DNA from: Macrostomum lignano | Taxonomy: Eukaryota | Direction of reading: 5' to 3' | DNA length: 64,000 bases | NCBI GenBank assembly: GCA_002269645.1 | Contig: NIVC01001881.1 | Span: 62,001-126,000, forward strand | In this document: piece after piece, positions 13,015 through 23,489 of the stretch | How the letters are laid out: every line of letters starts with the position of its first letter | How positions within the stretch are numbered: the first letter of the stretch is position 1 | Position numbers and translations under genes: made by a program | The notes under the pieces: generated by a model | The model's database searches: none | Told to the model about the DNA's origin: nothing | What the model saw: the letters and a program-made list of their open reading frames with translations, nothing else

Positions 13015-14060
13015 ATAGTGCCTGCAGCACCAAAATGGTACCCGTGGCGCTAAAATGAGTGCCTGCAGCACCAAAACGGTACCCGTGGCGCTAAAATGAG
13101 TGCCTGCAGCACCAAAATGGTACCCGTGGCGCTAAATGAGTGCCTGCAGCACCAAAATGATACCCGTGGCGCTAAAATGAGTGCCTGCAGCACCAAAATG
13201 ATACCCGTGGCGCTAAAATGAGTGCCTGCAGCACCAAAATGATACCCGTGGCGCTAAAATGAGTGCCTGCAGCACCAAAATGGTACCCGTGGCGCTAAAT
13301 GAGTGCCTGCAGCACCAAAATGATACCCGTGGCGCTAAATGAGTGTCTGCAGCACCAAAATGATACCCGTGGCGCTAAATGAGTGCCTGCAGCACCAAAA
13401 TGATACCCGTGGCGCTAAATGAGTGCCTGCAGCACCAAAATGATACCCGTGGCGCTAAAATGAGTGCCTGCAGCACCAAAATGGTACCCGTGGCGCTAAA
13501 ATGAGTGCCTGCAGCACCAAAATGATACCCGTGGCGCTAAAATGAGTGCCTGCAGCACCAAAATGATACCCGTGGCGCTAAAATGAGTGCCTGCAGCACC
13601 AAAATGGTACCCGTGGCGCTAAATGAGTGCCTGCAGCACCAAAATGATACCCGTAGCGCTAAATGAGTGCCTGCAGCACCAAAATGATACCCGTGGCGCT
13701 AAAATGAGTGCCTGCAGCACCAAAATGATACCCGTGGCGCTAAATGAGTGCCTGCAGCACCAAAATGATACCCGTGGCGCTAAAATGAGTGCCTGCAGCA
13801 CCAAAATGGTACCCGTGGCGCTAAAATGAGTGCCTGCAGTACCAAAATGATACCCGTGGCGCTAAATGAGTGCCTGCAGCACCAAAATGATACCCGTAGC
13901 GCTAAATGAGTGCCTGCAGCACCAAAATGATACCCGTAGCGCTAAATGAGTGCCTGCAGCACCAAAATGATACCCGTAGCGCTGAAATGAGTGACTGCGG
14001 CGCTGAAATGAGTGCCTGCGGCGCCAAAATGAGTGACTGCGGCGCTAGAATGAGTGCCTG
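13015..14060. repeat. 40/41-bp minisatellite (GAGTGCCTGCAGCACCAAAATGATACCCGTGGCGCTAAAAT) ending in 21-bp monomers
   Basis: About 23 units of 40-41 bp, then about 4 units of a related 21-mer at 13980-14060. Confidence 0.95.
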
Positions 14061-14379
14061 CACCGTCTTGTCTATATTTAAAAGCATCGCAGAAGTGCAC
14101 TGTGTTTTTTTCCAAGAACTAGCAAGGAGTCAGAGAATCCTTAAGATGGAGGGTTGACTCAGATCCAAGCTTTTTTCTATTATGCTTGATAAATGAATGA
14201 ATTTCGAGCATTATTTCATAAACTCTCTATGCGGGCGGTATTGGTCTTTCGTGAGAATGTCCCATTTGGCCCCCTTTGAACTGTTAGACGACGGCCTCCT
14301 TATCCAGAAGAGGTGTATAGTTTGCTTTCAGAAAGTGGAACCTCCGGCCGCACGGAGATCTCAGCCTGCGAGAACAGGA

Positions 14380-14920
14380 AGGGACAACTTCCTGGCAAGG
14401 GACAACTGGAAACCCCATAAAATCCACTGATTCACTGATGGGTCCCAAATCATCTCCGCTTCTGCAGGCTTACGGCTACTGCATCGAGTCTTTACATGTA
14501 TACATGAGCAATTATTGTCTGCAGAGCAGTTGGCCCCAGCCACGCTGCCCCAAATCTCGATCCGCCGGTGTCGCTGGGAGACCATATGAGGCCCAAAATA
14601 GCGTGAGACCACGCTCGCGCGCTGCCAGCGGTTCACCTACCTCTTTGGTCTGGTGCCCCACGTAAAGGAAATCGCAGATAATGCCCGGGCGGCCTCTACC
14701 GATCCATCCGGGCCGTCTTTCTGTATGAAGCGCTGACCGACCGCCACAGGAGTCGGTTGTGGTAGGTGGTGGTCAAGACTGTCCAGTTGTACAAAGCTGA
14801 CAGAAGCGTGGGGTCTGAAGCCCTGTACAAGGGGGCTCAGCAGCGACGTCTATCTACCACTGTGTGTCGGCGGTGGCGACGCATGACACATGACACATGA
14901 CACATGGAATGCCTGCTGTG
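14380..14920 (+). mobile_element. Possible highly degenerate RNase H-containing retroelement relic
   Basis: Only an FTDGSQ..SASAG-like motif (~14420-14465), flanked by stops; GC-rich block ending in (CATGACA)3. Confidence 0.2.
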
Positions 14921-15345
14921 CGACGCAGGGGCGCTCGACACCATTGGCAAGGCGCCATCTGGCGCACTCTGACCACATCACTCTACTGTTCTGAGTTGCA
15001 TTTTTTGGTTGTTACTGTCAGTTTATTGCTAAGCAATGATAGGGCTGCAGAGGGCTGAAACCCATCCACAGTTGCGTCATAGCATGAAGTCTTAAACTGC
15101 GAGGGACGCGGGGAGACCGAGCCCCACTGGTATCTTATTTACGCCTAAATTAATTTTGTCGACTCGTACATTTGAGCCATAACCGTAGTGGATATTGACG
15201 AGTTCGATATTTTATAATCACCTGTCTGTCTACCTGCCAATAAGCCCTCCAGTTTTAATTAGTACTTACAGACGATTCGTTTAAATCTCAGCTAGCCATT
15301 TAGCTGCAAACCATCCCAGTTCACCCACCTCAGAGGACAATTTTC

Positions 15346-15351
15346 TATAAA
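15346..15351 (+). promoter_or_regulatory. Candidate TATA box of the small secreted-protein gene
   Basis: TATAAA about 90 nt upstream of the ATG at 15438. Confidence 0.35.
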
Positions 15352-15437
15352 TTCGGTGCTCAGAAACTCTTTCACAGACAATCGGAGGATCTACGCAGCG
15401 CTGAACAAACTCGAGACTCTCAGCTCTTCAACCAAGG

Positions 15438-16003
15438 ATGTCGACTGTATCCGCTGCGCTGCTCCTGGCGGCCACCGCCCTGATGGCGGCCTCGGCCGCT
15501 GCCAGCTACGAGTGCCTGAGCGGGAACAGCACCACCAGCGCCTCTCTGCGCCAGGCCACCCTGCTTGGTCTGGCTCAGCCCATGCCCGGCTGCACCGAGT
15601 TCAAGCACTACTGCAGATCCGTGATCCTGCTGTACCCGCAGGCTGGCAGCACCGTCTACATCACGGTGGCCAAGCCCGGCAACTGCCAGCGCTCCAAGGC
15701 GCAGATCGTTCGGTAAGTAGGGGTTTTGGCTCAAGGCGTGGCTCCTTGATGACTCGGGATGCTGATATTCCCCAACCAAAAACTGCCACCACACTGCAGC
15801 GCCGCCGAGGACGCCGAGACCCCCAGGAAGGAGCTCAGCCACTGCCTCCGCCTGGACGTGAGTCACGTGATCCACTGGCTGCACCGGGCTACGAGTACAA
15901 GCCTCTGGCCGAATGCGTTGAGAACATCTGCACCGCTCTGACCAGCCTGCAGATCTGGCGGGTGCGCCAGCGCAGGTTCTGCCGTCACTACTTCCAGGAG
16001 TGA
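15438..16003 (+). CDS. Small secreted cysteine-rich protein of unknown family (~127 aa, 6 Cys in the preferred model)
   Basis: Signal-peptide-like MSTVSAALLLAATALMAASAAA and strongly G/C-ending codons. Exon 1 15438-15712 (CG|gtaagt), exon 2 15800-15857 (tgcag|C ... GAC|gtgagt), exon 3 15953-16003 (ctgcag|ATC ... TGA). Alternative 3' models exist (see findings). Confidence 0.7.
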
Positions 16004-16439
16004 GAGCTCATCAAGACGGCTGGAGCATCGATCTCTGCTATGAGCAGCTGACAAAAACTACAATCACTATGCCACGCCTCTACTCCCCTCCGTGCTTTTG
16101 TGTGCGCTCCTTCAATCCAATTAGTCAGCTATCCTACCAGAAATTACTCGTTTCCGAGGCAAACGGCTGAACAACATGGAAGCACAATAAACAAGAAAAA
16201 TAATTTAAGAATAAATTTAAGCAACCAAATAAATATCAATATACAGGAAATTGTGTAGTCAACAAACTAAAAGAAAAACAATATAATACAACTCTGGCTG
16301 AAAAAAAGAACTCCCTAGGCATTCAAAAGTATGCGTTTTCAATGTCTTAGTTTTTTCGTTTTAAGTGCGTGGCCATAAAGTGTCCGTACCGCACGAGAGC
16401 GTCGACAACACGAAACACTGTCGGATAATTATAAATTAT

Positions 16440-18130
16440 ACAAATAATTCTTTTTTCTGCATTCTTCATTCTGCTTTCTTCATTCTTCATTCTTCATTCT
16501 TCATTCCTCATTCTTCATTATTCATTATTCATTCTTCATTTTTCATTTTTTATTTTTCATTCTTCATTCTTCATTCTTCATTCTTCATTCTTCATCTTTC
16601 ATTTTTCATTTTTTATTTTTCATTTTTCATTTTTCATTCTTCTTTCTTCTTTCTTCATTCTTCATTCTTCATTTTTCATTCTTCATTCTTAATTTTTCAT
16701 TTTTAACTCTTCATTCTGCATTCTTCATTCTGCATTCTTCATTCTGCATTCTTCATTTTGCATTCTTCATTCTGCATTCTTCATTCTGCATTCTTCATTT
16801 TGCATTCTTCATTCTGCATTTTTTTTATTAGAGGCAGGGGGGTTGTGTGCACCCTGGCGCAATTTAAGCGTCACACAACCGGCGAGAGGCATTACTGCCC
16901 ATTCCGCCGACTCCCCTGAGCAGGCACACAAGCGCGCGGATACGTTACGCAGGCACACACTCACACAGGAGTGTACAGCGGCCCTAACTTTATCAATTGT
17001 TAGGCATGTACACTTCACTGCGCCTTGGGGGGGGGGTTGGCTCTCAAGGCCGTTAATTGCGCGAGCGAGCCAAGCCGAGATTCCAATCCAGCCCCAAATT
17101 AATGTGGCTGCACTTGGAATCGAGCCTGGGTCGCTGGCACACCAGAGCAGCTGCGCTACCGCTGGGCTACGGCCCCCGACTTCATTCCGCATTCTTCGTT
17201 ATTCATTTTTCATTTTTCATTTTTCATTTTTCATTTTTAATTTTTAATTCTTAATTTTTAATTTTTAATTCTTCATTCTTCATTCTGTATTCTTCATTCT
17301 GCATTCTGCATTCTTCATTCTGCATTCTTCATTCGTCATTCGTCATCCGTCATTCTTCATTCTTCATTCTTCTTTCTTCATTCTTCATTCTTCATTCTTC
17401 ATTCTTCATCTTTCATTTTTCATTTTTTTTTCATTCTTCATTCTGCATTCTTCGTTATTCATTCTTCATTCTTCATTTTTCATTTTTCATTCTTCATTTT
17501 CATTTTTCATTTTTAACTCTTCATTCTGCATTCTTCATTCTGCATTCTTCATTCTGCATTCTTCATTCTGCATTCTTCGTTATTCATTATTCATTCTTTA
17601 TTCTGCATTCTTCATTCTCCATTTTTCATTTTTCATTTTTCATTTTTCGTTTTTAATTTTTAATTTTTAATGCTTCATTTTTAATTTTTAATTCTTCATT
17701 CTTCATTCTGCATTCTTCATTCTGCATTCTGCATTCTTCATTCTTCATTCTTCATTCTTCATTCTTCATCTTTCATTTTTCATTCTTTTTCATTCTTCAT
17801 TCTTCATTCTTCTTTCTTCATTCTTCATTCTTCATTTTTCATTTTTCATTCTTCATTCTTCATTTTTCATTTTTAACTCTTCATTATTCATTCTTTATTC
17901 TGCATTCTTCATTCTCCATTTTTCATTTTTCATTTTTAGTTTTTGATTTTTAATTTTTAATTCTTCATTCTTCATTCTGCATTCTGCATTCTGCATTCTG
18001 CATTCTTCATTCTGCATTCTTCATTCTTCATTCTGTATTCTGCATTCTTTATTCTGCATTCTTCATTCGTCATTCGTCATCCGTCATTCTTCATTCTTCA
18101 TTCTTCATTCTGCATCCTGAATTCTTCATT
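16440..18130. repeat. 7-bp satellite (TTCATTC / TGCATTC / TTTTCA variants), interrupted by a SINE
   Basis: Continuous AT-rich periodic tract. Confidence 0.95.
16819..17177 (-). mobile_element. tRNA-derived SINE (~360 bp)
   Basis: Minus-strand 5' head GGGGGCCGTAGCCCAGCGGTAGCGCAGCTGCTCTGGTGTGCCAGCGACCCAGGCTCGATTCCAAGTGCAGCCA with Pol III A box (TAGCCCAGCGG) and B box (GGCTCGATTCC); unique body; 3' AATAAAAAAAA tail. Confidence 0.75.
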
Positions 18131-18339
18131 GTGCTGTACTCAAAAGTCTTCCATTCCACAGAATACCACAGACTGCTCAAGCGACTAGTAGAATTCATAT
18201 CGAATTAAAACTCCATCGATGTTATTCTTTCAGTGAATATTGTTAAATAGTCGTAACTAAGATAACAATAAAGTTGCAGTTTACAGTTTACAGTTTACGT
18301 TCATCCAAAATATAAAAGCATTAGTTTATTTCTTCCTGG

Positions 18340-18555
18340 GCACCAACCAAGAGACAGGGGCGCCAACCAAGAGACAGGGGCGCCAATCAAAAGACAAGGG
18401 CGCCAACCAAGAGACAGGGGCGCCAACCAAGAGACAGGGGCGCCAATTAAATGACAGGGGCGCCAATTAAATGACAGGGGCGCCAACCAAGAGACAGGGG
18501 CGCCAACCAAGAGACAGGGGCGCCAACCAAGAGACAGGGGGCGCCAACCAAGACA
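18340..18555. repeat. 20-bp minisatellite (CAACCAAGAGACAGGGGCGC)
   Basis: About 10 units. Confidence 0.93.
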
Positions 18556-18854
18556 CTTAGTGTTTAAATTGCTGACAAAAACATTTTTATGATGTGTGAA
18601 CCAAAATTAAGCTTTTTTAGACGCAATCAAGTGCATGCTTTCTTTACCTCTACTGGCACTTATGCTATATTTTAACTCATATTTGTACCAAAAAACTACT
18701 TTTTACAATCACAGAGGGTAATTACTGTTTTCTTACTTTCCAATTGGTAAAAAATAAACTGCAACAGCGTAGATTTTATTTTTTTTAAAGAAATAACAAA
18801 AATAATGCCATAGGGTTCTCTGTATAGTAGCTCACGTGTAATTTTTATACTCAG

Positions 18855-19247
18855 AACCTTCTACCACCGTATCTGGGAGGGCTCGCACGAAGTTCCCTCT
18901 ACACCCTATATTGTGTGTTTAAAATCGAAGCCGGTGCCGCTCCTACACGTTATCGAACTTCGACAACTGTGCTGACTTCGAACGCCAACGAGTGGGTGAA
19001 CATCGGCTTTACATCGGCTCCAGCGGCTGACTCGTGGGGAGTGTTCATGAACGACGCCTTCTTGCCGACGGCCTCCTTCAGCCTGAGTACTTTTACTAAC
19101 TATACTCTGCTGCCTCAGAACTGCTTCAGGTTCGGCAAGCGAACCACTGATGCTCGAATGTTCCAAGGAACTGTGCGGGCCATCGCCATGAGCAACGTCA
19201 CCATGTCTGAGAGCGAGATCAGCGACTTCTTTGCCGTCATCGGCTGA
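18855..19247 (+). pseudogene. 5'-truncated copy of the PAN/LamG-like secreted protein gene (3' third only)
   Basis: Apparently identical to 27570-27885 from about 18930 onward; lacks the 5' part; extra GT at ~18914 shifts the frame relative to the copy at 27550. Confidence 0.85.
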
Positions 19248-19934
19248 ACGAAGGTTTTGTGTGACTCTTGGCTAATCAACAAGCAGTTGAACTTTTTTCA
19301 ATGAATATTCTCAAGAACGCTGCTGCTTTCAAAAAGTAGTTTAACTTGTAATAGGCTGGACTTTGGAAGATGTTTGGATCAGATGAATGAGCTACAGTTG
19401 AAATATGATTTGAATGTAAATGTACCTGTCCGACTCTACAGGCCTAATTATTTAAATTCAGTCGATAAATGGTTATTTTGGTTCAGAATCAGCTGGGATC
19501 GGGATAGGATCTTGTAAAAATCAGTTTTTTAAACAACTTTCAAATTATAAACGGGATAAAAAACAAGTGTTCACTTGTTTGCAATTGCAATGACTTTTTT
19601 ATTTTGGACGCCTTTAGCGTCCGTTTTCAGCGCAAGTTAGAATGTGGCTCAGTTGCATCAGACTGCTCTTCAGCACTCTACGTTGACTATGTATTACATT
19701 ATAGCCATGATACTTTATCCACAAACTGTGTGCCTATGTAACAGGTAAAATGCTACTCAATCCACCAGATAGATTCCTTATCAATCCACCAAGTGAATCA
19801 AGTAGCATTTTACCTGTTAGATAGGGACACTCGCCTGGTGAATAGAGTGGCCTTTTACCTGTTAGACATATGGACCCTCACTTATTAGATAGTGGCGTTT
19901 TATCTGTTGGAGCACTCAACTGCTTCTATTTCGG

Positions 19935-20061
19935 TGTCGAAGTTCTGCTTTCGGTTCGGCAAGCGCTACAGTCATGCCACTCGGTTCAAAGGCTCCGTCA
20001 GGGCCATCGCGGCTGCATGAACGATACCGAGATTCGAGACTTCTTTGCCGCCCTGCCGTGA
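19935..20061 (+). pseudogene. 3' remnant of a further LamG-gene paralog
   Basis: KFCFRFGKRYSHATRFKGSVRAIA...MNDTEIRDFFAALP* parallels FCFRFGKRLNDAQMFNGTVRAIA...MSESEIRDFFAVIG*. Confidence 0.8.
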
Positions 20062-20149
20062 GGAGCAGCTCAGCAACTGCTGGTCGAACTGTTAAAATGT
20101 GAACTCCTGACCGAGAATGACTTCGTTGTAGGCAGCTTGACCGAGCGGC

Positions 20150-20375
20150 GCGCACTTCCGGGGTGCTGCTTTCATTTGGCGAGTTGATCCACCAGCTCGT
20201 TGCCCAGGATGTCGCCATGGCCTGGTGTCCAGACCACGTTGATCCTATTGAAGATCGCTGAGTTTTCAAGCTTTTCAACACAGTCTGAAACTGATTTGGC
20301 TGATGGCTTGATAGAAGACAAGACCCTTATAGCGGTAGAGAGCGTACGCCTAACTTGAAACAAATTTTTCTACGA
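20150..20375 (-). mobile_element. Non-LTR retrotransposon RNase H C-terminal fragment
   Basis: INVVWTPGHGDILGNELVDQLAK motif (W.PGH..I.GNE.AD.LAK). Confidence 0.85.
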
Positions 20376-21444
20376 TTTTTTGTTTAAAGCATCTGTCTGT
20401 TCGTACCATTATTTGTCAGTTAGTTGGACCCGCAGGCAGCGAGGAGGCGAGCAGTTGACTATCTACTTTTGGACATTGTTCCACTGGCCTCTGAGCATGC
20501 ACAGGGAGACAACAGCGGCTCTGAATTTCTCAATTTCAGGCAGGTACGCAGTCTATGGTATGACTTTGGAGAGATTATAAACCTCATTAGAGTGACTGGT
20601 CTGCAGATGGGTTCCGGGTATGACATCAAATTTATGTGGTCTTGAATGGAACTCGAACCCAGGTTCAGACACTCGACGGCATAATGTTTGAAGGTTGTCT
20701 TGCAAGCCCCAATGGATGTGAGTTGCAGTCGTAAATTTTGAGTTAAGGAGCTCAGGGACCTGATCCTGCAGGGGGTTGCAAGTTGCAACTTCAAGTGGGA
20801 CGACTTTGATATCCATGATAATTCGCAACAGATTTTATTGTGCGATGTGTTCCATTGAGCATCCTTGCTTTCCATCCCATGCCGATGTTGGAGTTTTTGT
20901 ATCCCTATAATTCCACAGAAAAAATATAGCGGGTTACCAACGTAGCAGAGGTGGGGGTTATTAGCGAGGTGCGCGGCTACAGTGGTTGCGTGTTGCAAGC
21001 CGTCTCTCCAGCCCCACGTTTGTCAGGCATTTTTGGGCTGGCGTTGCGCCTCTGTTTACCGCGCTGTCCGGCGGCTCCTGCCACTGAGATGGGGGCCTCA
21101 TTAATCCGATCCCAATGAGCTCTGCTGCTTCTGTCTACTACTGCTGGGCGGCCTCTCGTTCTCCCCTATTGTTTTAAATATTTTGTCTATCTCTCTTTTG
21201 CGTCCTGCCTGCCTTCTCTTAGACTTAGAGGCTGGGCTAGCGAAGGCATTTTAGCATGCCTGTGAAGTATCGAGGCAGACTAGGTGTATTGGCTATGATC
21301 TGCGATGCTGCATGCCTGCCCCCATTCTATAGTATAATGTTACAAGTATCCAACTATGACATAAATGCTGTTACCTTCATGCGAAAGTTTTATTCGGTGT
21401 TCTCGAAATGAAATTCGTGCAAGAGAATTTGCAAAGGACTTGTG

Positions 21445-21680
21445 TCTGGTTTCTGGAATGGTGTGTCTGATCTCTATAGTCTCTGGAGGGATGTGTATGA
21501 TCTTTGGGATAGTGTGTCCGATCTCTGGGATGATGTGTCCGATCTTTGGGATGGCGTCTCCGATCTCTGGGATAATGTGTCTGATCTCTGGGATGATGTG
21601 TCCGATCTGTGGGATGGCGTGTCCGATCTCTGGGATGGCGTGTCCGATCTCTGGGATGATGTGTCCGATATGTGGGATGG
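21445..21680. repeat. 21-bp minisatellite (GGTGTGTCCGATCTGTGGGAT), array 1
   Basis: About 11 units. Confidence 0.95.
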
Positions 21681-21683
21681 ATG

Positions 21684-22889
21684 GATGAACTGGACTCAGT
21701 ACATTCAAACTAAAGCTACAGAAGCCCTGGCTGTCCTGGCTCAGATCAGACGCGCCGTGGGCACCCCCTGGGGCTCACCCCCAGGAAGCTGTGGTGGATT
21801 TACACTGCCATCATCCGCCCCTCGATCAGTTACGTCAGCCTCGTGTGGGCCAGCGGTCTGAGCGTCAAGAGCAACCTCGACGCTCTCTACAAAATCCAGG
21901 GCAGGGCCTGCCGCATGACTATGGGCGCCCCACCCTCTACTCCTTTTGAAGGCATGAATGCCTTCCTCTGTGCCCCTCCTCTGGATAGTTATACCAAAGG
22001 AGAGGCGGCAAAGAGCACCCACAGTCTTCTGGATACTGGGGTGGCCTTCAAGAAAGTGCGGGCCTTTAAGAAGCGGTCGCTTATCCCGCACTCAGACCTC
22101 TGCGTCAAGGCTCTCGAGGAGTGTGGCGGGCTCAACATCCTCACGGACTCGATCCCAGCCTTGCGCTAGGCAACCAGGTGGAGCTCAGATGGATCCCGGG
22201 TCACGCTGATTTCCTCGGCAACGAGCGCGCTGACCTGCTGGCCAAGGCTGGCTCCGCCGGCGCGCTGCTGGGGCCGGGCCCGGGAGCCCCCATCCCCGCC
22301 TCGGTGACAACTCCCGCGTTAAGCGCTGGACTGATTCCGAGCATCTCCGCAGGTGGCACGAAACCCGGAAATGCAGGCAATCCCGTGCGGCCGTCCTCTG
22401 CCCCTCTCCTCTCCTGCGTAGAGCCCTCCTCAGGCTCAACCGCAGAGACCTCAGAGCAGTCCGCATGGCCCTCACCGGGCATGGTTGCTTCTCTCGCCAC
22501 CGCTTCCTTCATGGCCAGGTACCCGAGGAGCGGTGCCCCTTCTGCCGCTCAGGCAGTGAAAACGCCGAGCACTTTATCTGCCACTGCCCGGTTTTTACCA
22601 GGGCCAGGCTCACTCACCTCGGGCCAAACCCAGTTCTCTCCGACGTTTGCAGGCCCGAGAGCATCCCGCTGCTCGCCCGGTACCTCAGGGACACGGGACG
22701 AGCTGATCTCTTCCCCCACTGTCGGTGAGGAGGACCGCGCTGCAGGCGAGACCGACGGGTCCCCCTGAGCGACATCACTTCGATGGAAGTCATTGGTTTC
22801 CAGGGGCTAGCGGAATGGGCGGTCTCCTCCGCCTCCTTGCTGCATTCGCCGGACGCCCCTGCAGCTAAGTCAAGTCAATTAAGTCAAGT
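21684..22889 (+). mobile_element. 5'-truncated, internally deleted non-LTR retrotransposon (R1/Loa/I-group type, RNase H plus C-terminal Zn finger)
   Basis: Frameshifted thumb region NWTQYIQTKATEALAVLAQIRRAVGTPWG...VWASGL...IQGRACRMTMGAPPSTP; RNase H end VELRWIPGHADFLGNERADLLAK; LTGHG...CPFC...ENAEHFICHC; 3' (AAGTC)n tail at 22866-22889. Confidence 0.88.
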
Positions 22890-23465
22890 GTCTGATCTCT
22901 GGGATGGCGTGTCCGATCTGTGGGATGATGTGTCCGATCTGTGGGATGGTGTGTCCGATCTGTGGGAAGGTTGTGTCCGATCTGTGGGATGGTGTGCCCG
23001 ATCTGTGGGATGGTGTGTCCGATCTGTGGGATGGTGTGTCCGATCTGTGGGATGGTGTGTCCGATCTGTGGGATGGTGTGTCCGATCTGTGGGATGGTGT
23101 GTCCGATCTCTGGGAAGGTGTGTCCGATCTGTGGGATAGTGTGTCCGATCTGTGGGATGGTGTGTCCGATCTGTGGGATGGTGTGCCCGATCTGTGGGAT
23201 GGTGTGTCCGATCTGTGGGATGGTGTGTCCGATCTGTGGGATGGTGTGTCCGATCTGTGGGATGGTGTGTCCGATCTGTGGGATGGCGTGTCCGATCTCT
23301 GGGATGGTGTGTCCAATCTCTGGGATGATGTGTCTGATCTCTGGGATGGTGTGTCCGATCTCTGGGATGGTGTGTCCGATCTGTGGGATGGTGTGTCCGA
23401 TCTGTGGGATGGTGTGTCCGATCTGTGGGATGGTGTGTCCGATCTCTGGGAAGGTGTGTCTAATT
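22888..23465. repeat. 21-bp minisatellite (GGTGTGTCCGATCTGTGGGAT), array 2
   Basis: About 27 units. Confidence 0.95.
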
Positions 23466-23489
23466 TCTAGGACGGTATGTCTGATTTTT

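Noticed and set aside
13015-14060. CRISPR-like regular repeats (also 42650, 46950, 63505)
   Set aside because: Head-to-tail units with no unique spacers, no cas genes, eukaryotic context.
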